36,013 nucleotides of DNA from a virus (lineage: Duplodnaviria; Heunggongvirae; Uroviricota; Caudoviricetes): IMG/VR virus record IMGVR_UViG_2648501802_000001. One strand, 5' to 3'. Below the pieces are notes generated by a model, which was not told the DNA's origin, did not search any database, and saw nothing but the letters and a program-made list of their open reading frames with translations. Shown one piece after another: positions 7,938 to 16,842 of the stretch (its first letter is position 1; the number at the start of each line of letters is the position of its first letter). The position numbers were made by a program, and so were the translations under genes.

Positions 7938-9959
7938 ATGTCGTTGGAAATTATTTCATTGGAGTTAGTAGCAAATACTTCGGATGGGCGTTATGGTGTT
8001 AGTATACCTTTTTCAAATGGCTTGTTTTTATTAAGAGTTGAGAATTCTCATGGTAAATCAACTTGCATGAATGGGATTGCATATGCACTTGGGATGGAAA
8101 AGGCATTAGGTGTCGGTTCTGGAAAAATCCCATTCCCTCCATCTTTGACTAGAGCACTAACGACAAAAGATAATGTTGAAGTTAGTGTAATATCATCTTA
8201 TGTTTTGCTAAAAATAAAGAATCATAAGGGAATAGAAGCATCTTTGAAAAGGAATATTATCGGTCACGATAATAATAATGTTATTTATATAGATGAGAAG
8301 AATAATGTAAAAAGTAAGAGTGGTACTTATTTTTTACATAGAGAGGGCGATACTGAAAGGGAACGTGGTTTCTATAAGTGGTTAGCTGATTTTATAGGTT
8401 GGAGTTTGCCAAATGTTCCAAACCATAATGGGAAGGACACTATTCTTTATCCATCCGTACTTTTCCCTGCATGGTATGTTGAGCAAAAAAAAGGATGGTC
8501 GTCAATTATGGCGACTGTACCAACACAATTTGGAATTAAAGAGCCAAAGAAAAGAGCTCTAGAATTTTTAATGTCTCTTGATGTTAATGATAATATTTTA
8601 TTGCGTAGTTCGTTAAGAAATGAACTTGATATTATTTATCATGATTGGAAGTTAATTAAACACAATGCAGAAGTTATTGCTTCTAAATTGTCGTCAGTTG
8701 TCACAGGGATTCCTGAACAACCAGTGGCAAAATTTGATCATTATAAGATAGATTTGATTATTAAAAATGGTAGCGTCGTTAGATCTATTGTTGATGTTCG
8801 TAATGAACTGGAAAAAGAGTTGCAAGAAATTAAGTTTGACACTCTTGGTGAGCAAGAAGAACAAACTTTACAATTATCAGTGGTTAAGTTATTAGGTCAA
8901 AAAAATGATGAAATTAACTCTCTGGAATTAAAGATTAAAGAGATTTGTGAGCATAGAAGTTATATTCAATATCAAATTCAGGCGACCAAAAACAGATTGT
9001 ATAATCTGTTGGAAGATAAAAGGAAGTATGAAGATTTAAAGAAAATATCATCTTCGGATGCGTATAAGTCAACAGATTTAATGTCAAATATTTGTCCGAC
9101 TTGTGGTGCAAGTTATAATGATAATTTGCTAAGTTTTTCATCGCAAGAAAATCTGATGACATATGAAGATAGTTTGAACTTTATTAAAGAGCAAGTAAAA
9201 GCATTTGAGTTTGTTCTGTCGGATAGTGAAAAGCAATTAAAGCTTAAAGATGTTGAGAGGAGTGATTTAGAGGGGGAAATAGCCAAGATTAGAGTTGATA
9301 TTAATGCATTAAGGGAGTCAAAATATCCCTCAATGGTTGTTCAGGAGGAGTTTCTGAGACGTAAAATAAACATTGAGAATAAAATTAATGCCATTAACGA
9401 TGGCATTAAAAGTATATTGGACATTAGACTGGAGTTGGATTCATTACACCGTAGATATAAAAAGCTTATCGCGAAAAGAAAAGGGTTGCCAGATAATTTC
9501 TTGTCGCGTAATGATGCCGATAAGTTAAAATTTCTTAATAAAGAAGTCGTTGCACGATTAGAAAAATATAATTTTACAAGTTTTGATTCTAAACTTGTGT
9601 CAATATCAGAAGATAATTACTTACCTACTAGGGAAGGATATGATATAGGTTTTGACACATCAGCTAGTGATGGAATAAGAATCATTTGGGGTTATTTAAT
9701 AAGTTTATTTGTTGTTGGTTCTAAATTTCAAACAAATCACCCTGGATTGATTGTGTTTGATGAGCCTCGTCAACAAGAAGCAAATAAAGTAAGTTTTGCC
9801 GAGTTACTTAAAGATGCTGCAGAAACAACAAAAGGACAAGGGCAGATCATTTTTGCTACATCAGAAGATGAAAATGTCTTAAAAGAGGCATTAGAAGGGT
9901 ATGACTATACAATGATATCCTTTGATAAGAACAATGGGAAATTGTTGAGGAAATTATAA
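7938..9959 (+). CDS. SMC/Rad50-like ABC ATPase with coiled coil and CxxC zinc hook (LmuB-like)
   Basis: Walker A VENSHGKST (aa 35-42); long charged heptad-rich middle with CPTCG (aa 386-390); C-terminal Walker B GLIVFDEP. Confidence 0.8.
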   Translation: MSLEIISLELVANTSDGRYGVSIPFSNGLFLLRVENSHGKSTCMNGIAYALGMEKALGVGSGKIPFPPSLTRALTTKDNVEVSVISSYVLLKIKNHKGIEASLKRNIIGHDNNNVIYIDEKNNVKSKSGTYFLHREGDTERERGFYKWLADFIGWSLPNVPNHNGKDTILYPSVLFPAWYVEQKKGWSSIMATVPTQFGIKEPKKRALEFLMSLDVNDNILLRSSLRNELDIIYHDWKLIKHNAEVIASKLSSVVTGIPEQPVAKFDHYKIDLIIKNGSVVRSIVDVRNELEKELQEIKFDTLGEQEEQTLQLSVVKLLGQKNDEINSLELKIKEICEHRSYIQYQIQATKNRLYNLLEDKRKYEDLKKISSSDAYKSTDLMSNICPTCGASYNDNLLSFSSQENLMTYEDSLNFIKEQVKAFEFVLSDSEKQLKLKDVERSDLEGEIAKIRVDINALRESKYPSMVVQEEFLRRKINIENKINAINDGIKSILDIRLELDSLHRRYKKLIAKRKGLPDNFLSRNDADKLKFLNKEVVARLEKYNFTSFDSKLVSISEDNYLPTREGYDIGFDTSASDGIRIIWGYLISLFVVGSKFQTNHPGLIVFDEPRQQEANKVSFAELLKDAAETTKGQGQIIFATSEDENVLKEALEGYDYTMISFDKNNGKLLRKL

Positions 9960-10082
9960 ACTTTTATGTTGCTGCATTAGAATGCATGATTATTGTTTAT
10001 CTGTTAAGAGTGCTCCGTGCCAGTGTCGGCGCGGAGAAATCATGTCATGCACCTGCATTAAAACCGACCCATGAAGCGGGCG

Positions 10083-10101
10083 GGCGAGGCGGGGAAAGCA
10101 C
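10083..10101. other. cos site (19-nt cohesive end sequence)
   Basis: GGCGAGGCGGGGAAAGCAC, which matches the P2 cohesive end as I recall it, in the expected position between the old-locus hotspot and Q. Confidence 0.7.
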
Positions 10102-10243
10102 TGCGCGCTGGCGGTGGTGCTGATTTTATTTTTTCAGCGTCTGAGCGCGTTGTGATGGCGTTTAGATTGTTCGCCGGGGCGTTGGTGTGTATGCGGGCTG
10201 TTTTGTGCGGTGGTGAGCGTGTGAGGGCGTGATGGCGGGGTGT

Positions 10244-10265
10244 AAAAAAGCCGCCTACAGGCGGC
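10244..10265 (-). terminator. Rho-independent terminator after Q
   Basis: GCCGCC-TACA-GGCGGC hairpin followed on the minus strand by a U-run (plus-strand A6), 5 nt after the Q stop. Confidence 0.6.
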
Positions 10266-10270
10266 GATGT

Positions 10271-11305
10271 TCAGCCGTTGTCAGTGTCCAGTGAGTAGTT
10301 TTTAAAGCGGATGACCTCCTGACCGAGCCAGCCGTTTATCTCGCGGATCCTGTCCTGTAACGGGATAAGCTCATTGCGGACAAAGACCTTTGCCACTTTC
10401 TCTATATCACCCAGCGATCCGACGTTCTCCGGCTTGCCACCCATCAACTGAAAGGGGATGCGGTGCGCGTCCAGCAGGTCAGCGGCGCTGGCTTTTTTGA
10501 TATTAAAAAAATCGTCCTTCGTCGCCACTTCACTGAGGGGGATAATTTTAATGCCGTCGGCTTTCCCCTGTGGGGCATAGAGAAACAGATTTTTAAAGTT
10601 ATTGCGGCCTTTCGACTTAACCATGTTTTCGCGTAGCATTTCGATATCGTTGCGATCCTGCACGGCATCAGTGACGTACATGATGTATCCGGCATGTGCG
10701 CCATTTTCGTAATACTTGCGGCGGAACAGCGTGGCCGACTCATTCAGCCAGGCAGAATTAAGGGCGCTGAGATATTCCGGCAGACCGTACAGCTCCTGAT
10801 TAATATCCGGCTCCAGCAGGTGAAACACGGAGCCGGGCGCGAAGGCTGTCGGCTCGTTGAAGGACGGCACCCACCAGTAAACATCCTCTTCCACACCACG
10901 GCGGGTATATTTTGCCGGTGAGGTTTCCAGTCTGATGACCTTACCGGTGGTACTGTAACGCTTTTCCAGAAACGCATTGCCGAACACCAGAAAATCCAGC
11001 ACAAAGCGGCTGAAATCCTGCTGGGAAAGCCACGGATGCGGAATAAACGTTGAAGCCAGAATATTGCGTTTGACGTAAATCGGTGAGCTGTGATGCACGG
11101 CAGTACGCAGGCTTTTTGCCAGACCGGTAAAGCTGACCGGCGGCTCATACCATCTGCCGTTACTGATACATTCGACGTAATCCAGAATGTCACGGCGGTC
11201 GAGCACCGGAACCGGCTCACCAAAGGTGAATGCCTCCATTTTCGGGGCGCTGGCGGCCATTGTTTTTACCGCAGGTTGCGGTGTTTTCCCTTTTTTCTTG
11301 CTCAT
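10271..11305 (-). CDS. Q: Portal protein
   Basis: 344 aa, P2 gpQ-like; start overlaps the P stop (ATGA). Confidence 0.9.
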   Translation of the reverse strand: MSKKKGKTPQPAVKTMAASAPKMEAFTFGEPVPVLDRRDILDYVECISNGRWYEPPVSFTGLAKSLRTAVHHSSPIYVKRNILASTFIPHPWLSQQDFSRFVLDFLVFGNAFLEKRYSTTGKVIRLETSPAKYTRRGVEEDVYWWVPSFNEPTAFAPGSVFHLLEPDINQELYGLPEYLSALNSAWLNESATLFRRKYYENGAHAGYIMYVTDAVQDRNDIEMLRENMVKSKGRNNFKNLFLYAPQGKADGIKIIPLSEVATKDDFFNIKKASAADLLDAHRIPFQLMGGKPENVGSLGDIEKVAKVFVRNELIPLQDRIREINGWLGQEVIRFKNYSLDTDNG

Positions 11306-13077
11306 CAGTAAAACTCCAGAATGGTGGATGTCAGCGGGGTGCTGATACCGGCGGTGAGTGGCTCATTTAACAGGGCATGCATGGTCGCCCAGGCGAGGTC
11401 GGCGTGGCTGGCTTCCTCGCTGCGGCTGGCCTCATAGGTGGCGCTGCGTCCGCTGCTGGTCATGGTCTTGCGGATAGCCATAAACGAGCTGGTGATGTCG
11501 GTGGCGCTGATGTCATATTCCAGACAGCCACGGCGGATAACGTCTTTTGCCTTGAGCACCATTGCGGTTTTCATTTCTGGCGTGTAGCGGATATCGCGCG
11601 CGGCGGGATAGAACGAGCGCACGAGCTGGAACACGCCGACACCGAGGCCGGTGGCATCAATTCCGATGTATTCGACGTTGTATTTTTCGGTGAGTTTGCG
11701 GATGGATTCCGCCTGGGTGGCAAAGTCCATGCCTTTCCACTGGTGACGCTCAAGTATTCTGAATTTGCCACCGGCCACCACCGGCGGTGCCAGTACCACG
11801 CATCCGGCGCTGTCGCCACGGTGTGACGGGTCGTAACCAATCCATACCGGGCGGGAGCCGAACGGATTGGCGGCAAACGGCGCATAGTCTTCCCATTCTT
11901 CCAGCGTGTCGACCATGCAGCGTTGCAGCTCCCCGAACGGGAACACCGATGCCTTGTCGTCAACAAATTCACACATGAACAGGTTTTTAAAATCGTCGGC
12001 GCTGTTTTCGCGTTTGAGCTGCTCAATGTCGAACAACGTGCAGCCGCCTTTCAGGGCGTCCTCAATGGTGACAATCTGCCGCCACTGACCGTCCGCACAG
12101 AGAAGCCCACCGGCAAGGGCGTTATGACTGACGTCGATTTCCACGCGTTCAGCGGCGCTGGCGCGTCCCCGGTTGAACAGTTCACCCGACCAGAACGGGT
12201 AGGCGTCGTGCGCCAGCGTGGACGGGGTGGAGAAATAGGTCGAGCGCAGGTGACTCTGTGAGGCCATACCTGATGCCACCTTACGCAGTACCTGAAAATT
12301 CGGGATCCAGAAAATCTCGTCGACGTACAGGTCGCCGTTATGGCTCTGTGCGGTGTTGGAGTTGGTGCCGAGAAAAATCAGTTTTGCGCCGTTATTGCCA
12401 AGAACAATCGGGTCACCGGTCAGGTCAACGTCAACCAGACGGGCAAAGGCGATGATGTATTCACGGAATACATACGCCTGCGTTTTACTGGCCGACAGAA
12501 AAATCTGGTTATGGCCGGTTTTCAGGGCGCGCAGCAGCGCCTCGCGGGAAAAATAAAACGTCGCGCCAATCTGGCGGGATTTCAGGATATCGCGGATGCG
12601 GTGCTCAAGCCCGGCGCGATACCAGTGCAACTGATAGTCGAAAGACTGCTCAAAGAAAATCTGCTCCAGCTTTTCGATGGCTTCGTCGCTGAAAAAATTC
12701 TTTTTCGGTTTGCGACGTCCGCCTTTGTTGCGGTTAGCGACGTTCGGATTAAGGTCTGCCTCGTTGCCGGTCTGACTGTAACGGTTGACCCGTGCCAGTC
12801 GTTCAATCTGGCGTCCGAGCAGGTCAATTTCCTTGAAGTCACCACCGGTTTTCTGCGGTTTGATGATGAGCTGGGTCAGTCGCGCTTCCAGACTCATTTC
12901 GACACGGCTGATGGGGGCAACGCTGTCCCAGCCGTCGCGCTGTTTCCAGCTCTGCACCGTCGGGCGTTTCATCTGCAACATGGCGGCAATCTGCGGCACG
13001 GAAAACCCCTGCCAGTACAGCAGCGCCGCCTGACGACGCGGGTCGTGTAAAAGAGTGGTGTCTGTGGTGATGGTCAT
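11305..13077 (-). CDS. P: Terminase large subunit (ATPase)
   Basis: 590 aa from ATG 13077 (MTITTDTTLLHDPRR...); the track ORF starts 10 codons upstream at a TTG. Confidence 0.9.
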   Translation of the reverse strand: MTITTDTTLLHDPRRQAALLYWQGFSVPQIAAMLQMKRPTVQSWKQRDGWDSVAPISRVEMSLEARLTQLIIKPQKTGGDFKEIDLLGRQIERLARVNRYSQTGNEADLNPNVANRNKGGRRKPKKNFFSDEAIEKLEQIFFEQSFDYQLHWYRAGLEHRIRDILKSRQIGATFYFSREALLRALKTGHNQIFLSASKTQAYVFREYIIAFARLVDVDLTGDPIVLGNNGAKLIFLGTNSNTAQSHNGDLYVDEIFWIPNFQVLRKVASGMASQSHLRSTYFSTPSTLAHDAYPFWSGELFNRGRASAAERVEIDVSHNALAGGLLCADGQWRQIVTIEDALKGGCTLFDIEQLKRENSADDFKNLFMCEFVDDKASVFPFGELQRCMVDTLEEWEDYAPFAANPFGSRPVWIGYDPSHRGDSAGCVVLAPPVVAGGKFRILERHQWKGMDFATQAESIRKLTEKYNVEYIGIDATGLGVGVFQLVRSFYPAARDIRYTPEMKTAMVLKAKDVIRRGCLEYDISATDITSSFMAIRKTMTSSGRSATYEASRSEEASHADLAWATMHALLNEPLTAGISTPLTSTILEFY

Positions 13078-13107
13078 GAATACCTCGCCGTGATGAATAC
13101 ACGGCAA

Positions 13108-13250
13108 GGCTACTGAGTCGCGCCCTGCGATTCGCTAAGGTGCTGTTGTGTCAGTGATAAGCCATCCGGGACTGATGGCGGAGGATGCGCATCGTCGGGA
13201 AACTGATGCCGACATGTGACTCCTCTAATCACTATTCAGGACTCCTGACA
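13108..13250. promoter_or_regulatory. Divergent late promoter region P/O
   Basis: Intergenic region between divergent P and O; contains CTGTTGTGTCA (13143-13153), which recurs upstream of V. Confidence 0.4.
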
Positions 13251-13865
13251 ATGGCAAAAAAAGTCTCAAAATTCTTTCGTATCGGCGTTGAGGGTGACAC
13301 CTGTGACGGGCGTGTCATCAGTGCGCAGGATATTCAGGAAATGGCTGAAACCTTTGACCCGCGTGTCTACGGTTGCCGCATTAACCTGGAACATCTGCGC
13401 GGCATCCTGCCTGACGGTATTTTTAAACGTTATGGCGATGTGGTCGAACTGAAGGCCGAAAAGATTGATGACGATTCGGCGCTGAAAGGCAAATGGGCGC
13501 TGTTTGCGAAAATCACCCCGACCGATGACCTTATCGCGATGAACAAGGCCGCGCAGAAGGTCTATACCTCAATGGAAATTCAGCCGAACTTTGCCAACAC
13601 CGGCAAATGTTATCTGGTGGGGCTGGCCGTCACCGATGACCCGGCAAGCCTCGGCACGGAATACCTGGAATTCTGCCGCACGGCAAAACACAACCCTCTG
13701 AACCGCTTCAAATTAAGCCCTGAAAACCTGATTTCAGTGGCAACGCCCGTTGAGCTGGAATTTGAAGACCTGCCTGAAACCGTGTTCACCGCCCTGACCG
13801 AAAAGGTGAAATCCATTTTTGGCCGCAAACAGGCCAGCGATGACGCCCTGATGACGAACTGCTGA
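13251..13865 (+). CDS. O: Capsid scaffolding protein/protease (shortened)
   Basis: MAKKVSKFFRIGVEGDTCDG... ending ...FGRKQASDDALMTNC; about 204 aa versus about 284 aa in P2 as I recall it. Confidence 0.8.
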   Translation: MAKKVSKFFRIGVEGDTCDGRVISAQDIQEMAETFDPRVYGCRINLEHLRGILPDGIFKRYGDVVELKAEKIDDDSALKGKWALFAKITPTDDLIAMNKAAQKVYTSMEIQPNFANTGKCYLVGLAVTDDPASLGTEYLEFCRTAKHNPLNRFKLSPENLISVATPVELEFEDLPETVFTALTEKVKSIFGRKQASDDALMTNC

Positions 13866-13923
13866 CCGGCGTCAGTCAGTCCGGGAAAACCTTCACGATT
13901 AACTCTTAATTTCAGGAAAAACT

Positions 13924-14946
13924 ATGCGCCAGGAAACCCGCTTTAAATTTAATGCTTACCTGTCCCGTGTTGCCGAACTGAACGGCATCGACGCCGGTGA
14001 TGTGTCGAAAAAATTCACCGTTGAACCGTCGGTCACCCAGACCCTGATGAACACCATGCAGGAGTCCTCTGACTTTCTGACCCGCATCAACATTGTGCCG
14101 GTCAGCGAAATGAAAGGGGAAAAAATTGGCATCGGTGTCACCGGCTCCATCGCCAGCACCACCGACACCGCCGGTGGCACCGAGCGTCAGCCGAAGGACT
14201 TCTCGAAGTTGGCGTCAAACAAGTACGAATGCGACCAGATTAACTTCGATTTTTATATCCGCTACAAAACGCTGGACCTGTGGGCGCGTTATCAGGATTT
14301 CCAGCTCCGTGTCCGTAACGCCATTATCAAACGCCAGTCCCTTGATTTCATCATGGCCGGTTTTAACGGCGTGAGGCGTGCCGAAACCTCTGACCGCAGC
14401 AGTAACCCGATGCTGCAGGATGTGGCGGTCGGCTGGCTGCAGAAATACCGCAATGAAGCCCCGGCGCGCGTGATGAGCAAGGTTACTGACGAGGAAGGTC
14501 ACACGACCTCTGAGGTCATCCGCGTGGGTAAGGGCGGTGATTATGCCAGCCTTGATGCACTGGTGATGGATGCGACCAACAACCTGATTGAGCCGTGGTA
14601 TCAGGAAGACCCTGACCTTGTGGTGATTGTGGGACGTCAGCTACTGGCGGACAAGTATTTTCCCATCGTCAACAAGGAGCAGGACAACAGCGAAATGCTG
14701 GCCGCTGACGTCATCATCAGCCAGAAACGCATCGGCAACCTGCCAGCGGTACGCGTCCCGTACTTCCCGGCGGATGCGATGCTCATCACGAAGCTGGAAA
14801 ACCTGTCCATCTACTACATGGATGACAGCCATCGCCGCGTGATTGAGGAAAACCCGAAACTCGACCGCGTGGAGAACTACGAGTCAATGAACATTGATTA
14901 CGTGGTGGAGGACTACGCCGCCGGTTGTCTGGTGGAAAAAAATTAA
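13924..14946 (+). CDS. N: Major capsid protein (C-terminally truncated by frameshift)
   Basis: 340 aa ending VEKN*; the sequence after an A-run in the +1 frame reads IKVGDFSTPAKATAEPGA* up to 14998. Confidence 0.85.
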   Translation: MRQETRFKFNAYLSRVAELNGIDAGDVSKKFTVEPSVTQTLMNTMQESSDFLTRINIVPVSEMKGEKIGIGVTGSIASTTDTAGGTERQPKDFSKLASNKYECDQINFDFYIRYKTLDLWARYQDFQLRVRNAIIKRQSLDFIMAGFNGVRRAETSDRSSNPMLQDVAVGWLQKYRNEAPARVMSKVTDEEGHTTSEVIRVGKGGDYASLDALVMDATNNLIEPWYQEDPDLVVIVGRQLLADKYFPIVNKEQDNSEMLAADVIISQKRIGNLPAVRVPYFPADAMLITKLENLSIYYMDDSHRRVIEENPKLDRVENYESMNIDYVVEDYAAGCLVEKN

Positions 14947-15001
14947 GGTCGGTGATTTCTCCACACCGGCTAAAGCGACCGCAGAGCCGGGAGCGTAACC
15001 G

Positions 15002-15745
15002 ATGACGAGTCCCGCACAGCGCCACATGATGCGGGTCTCGGCAGCGATGGCCGCGCAGCGGGAAGCCGCCCCGCTGCGACATGCAACTGTCTATGAGCAG
15101 ATGCTGGTCAAGCTGGCCGCAGACCAGCGCACACTGAAAGCGATTTATTCAAAAGAGCTGAAGGCCGCGAAAAAACGCGAACTGCTGCCGTTCTGGTTGC
15201 CGTGGGTGAACGGCGTGCTGGAGCAGGGCAAAGGTGCACCGGATGACATTCTGATGACGGTCATGCTGTGGCGTCTGGATACCGGCGATATTGCCGGTGC
15301 GCTGGAGATTGCCCGTTATGCCCTGAAGTACGGTCTGACCATGCCGGGTAAACACCGCCGCACCCCGCCGTACATGTTCACCGAGGAGGTGGCGCTCGCG
15401 GCCATGCGCGCCCACGCGGCCGGTGAGTCTGTGGATACCCGCCTGCTGACGGAGACCCTTGAACTGACTGCCGCTGCTGACATGCCTGATGAAGTGCGCG
15501 CAAAGCTGCACAAAATCACCGGTCTGTTTCTGCGTGACGGTGGTGATGCCGCCGGTGCGCTGGCTCACCTGCAACGTGCGACACAGCTCGACTGTCAGGC
15601 AGGCGTCAAAAAAGAGATTGAACGACTGGAGCGGGAGCTGAAACCGAAGCCGGAGCCGCAACCCAAAGCGGCCACCCGTGCCACGCGTAAGACCCGGAGC
15701 GTGACACCGGCAAAACGTGGACGCCCGAAAAAGAAAGCCAGTTAA
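15002..15745 (+). CDS. M: Terminase small (endonuclease) subunit
   Basis: 247 aa, P2 gpM-like, in conserved position. Confidence 0.88.
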   Translation: MTSPAQRHMMRVSAAMAAQREAAPLRHATVYEQMLVKLAADQRTLKAIYSKELKAAKKRELLPFWLPWVNGVLEQGKGAPDDILMTVMLWRLDTGDIAGALEIARYALKYGLTMPGKHRRTPPYMFTEEVALAAMRAHAAGESVDTRLLTETLELTAAADMPDEVRAKLHKITGLFLRDGGDAAGALAHLQRATQLDCQAGVKKEIERLERELKPKPEPQPKAATRATRKTRSVTPAKRGRPKKKAS

Positions 15746-15844
15746 CAACCGAATGCGCCCCGCGCCAGGGCGGCACGCCGGTCAGTGAGGGTGAATCACC
15801 TGACACTGCACCGGCGTCCACCGCCCGACTTTTCAGAGGTAGTC

Positions 15845-16354
15845 ATGATGACGCTGATTATTCCGCGAAAGGAGGCTCCCGTGTCCGGTGAGGGTACGGT
15901 GGTCATCCCGCAACCGGCAGGCGACGAGCCGGTGATTAAAAACACGTTCTTTTTTCCCGATATCGACCCGAAGCGCGTCCGGGAACGTATGCGCCTTGAG
16001 CAGACCGTCGCCCCCGCCCGTCTGCGTGAGGCCATCAAGTCAGGCATGGCGGAAACAAATGCGGAGCTGTACGAGTACCGCGAACAGAAAATTGCCGCCG
16101 GTTTTACGCGTCTGGCGGACGTTCCGGCGGACGACATCGACGGTGAAAGTATCAAAGTTTTTTACTACGAGCGCGCCGTGTGTGCGATGGCGACCGCGTC
16201 GCTTTATGAGCGTTACCGCGGCGTGGATGCCAGTGCGAAAGGAGACAAGAAGGCCGACAGCATTGACAGCACCATTGATGAGCTGTGGCGGGATATGCGC
16301 TGGGCAGTGGCGCGCATCCAGGACAAGCCGCGCTGCATCGTGAGTCAAATCTGA
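15845..16354 (+). CDS. L: Capsid completion protein
   Basis: 169 aa from ATG 15845 (MMTLIIPRKEAPVSGEG...) with GAGG RBS; the track ORF begins at an upstream GTG. Confidence 0.85.
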   Translation: MMTLIIPRKEAPVSGEGTVVIPQPAGDEPVIKNTFFFPDIDPKRVRERMRLEQTVAPARLREAIKSGMAETNAELYEYREQKIAAGFTRLADVPADDIDGESIKVFYYERAVCAMATASLYERYRGVDASAKGDKKADSIDSTIDELWRDMRWAVARIQDKPRCIVSQI

Positions 16355-16557
16355 TGAAGACCTTTGCGCTACAGGGCGACACGCTCGACGCCATTTGTGT
16401 CCGGTATTACGGGCGCACTGAGGGCGTGGTTGAGACCGTGCTCGCCGCAAATCCGGGACTGGCTGAACTGGGTGCGGTGCTGCCACACGGCACCGCCGTC
16501 GAACTGCCCGACGTTCAGACCGCGCCCGTGGCTGAAACTGTCAATCTGTGGGAGTAA
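16354..16557 (+). CDS. X: Tail protein X
   Basis: 67 aa (MKTFALQGDTLDAICVRYYGRTEG...); start overlaps the L stop (TGATG). Confidence 0.8.
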   Translation: MKTFALQGDTLDAICVRYYGRTEGVVETVLAANPGLAELGAVLPHGTAVELPDVQTAPVAETVNLWE

Positions 16558-16560
16558 CGC

Positions 16561-16842
16561 ATGACAGCAGAAGAAAAAAGCGTCCTGTCGCTTTTCATGA
16601 TTGGGGTGCTGATTGTTGTCGGCAAGGTGCTTGCCGGTGGTGAACCCATCACCCCGCGTCTGTTTATCGGGCGCATGTTGCTCGGTGGTTTTGTCTCGAT
16701 GGTTGCCGGTGTTGTTCTGGTGCAGTTTCCTGACCTGTCACTGCCTGCGGTGTGCGGCATCGGCTCCATGCTGGGTATTGCCGGTTATCAGGTGATTGAG
16801 ATTGCCATTCAGCGCCGCTTTAAGGGCAGGGGGAAACCGTAA
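16561..16842 (+). CDS. Y: Holin
   Basis: 93 aa with hydrophobic transmembrane segments and a charged C-terminus. Confidence 0.85.
   Translation: MTAEEKSVLSLFMIGVLIVVGKVLAGGEPITPRLFIGRMLLGGFVSMVAGVVLVQFPDLSLPAVCGIGSMLGIAGYQVIEIAIQRRFKGRGKP

Noticed and set aside
6538-9959. OLD/tin, PARIS or Gabija identity for the A-cos hotspot cargo
   Set aside because: I see no TOPRIM-like motif or helicase motifs, and the ATPase has a long coiled coil with a zinc hook; SMC-like (Lamassu-type) fits better.
11377-13050. Several plus-strand ORFs (149, 112, 236 aa and others) inside terminase gene P
   Set aside because: Antisense or alternate-frame ORFs in GC-rich coding sequence; P occupies the region with a recognisable full-length product.
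15149-15748. 199-aa minus-strand ORF antisense to M
   Set aside because: Fully embedded antisense to the conserved terminase small-subunit gene; Arg/Gly-rich composition typical of GC-frame artefacts.
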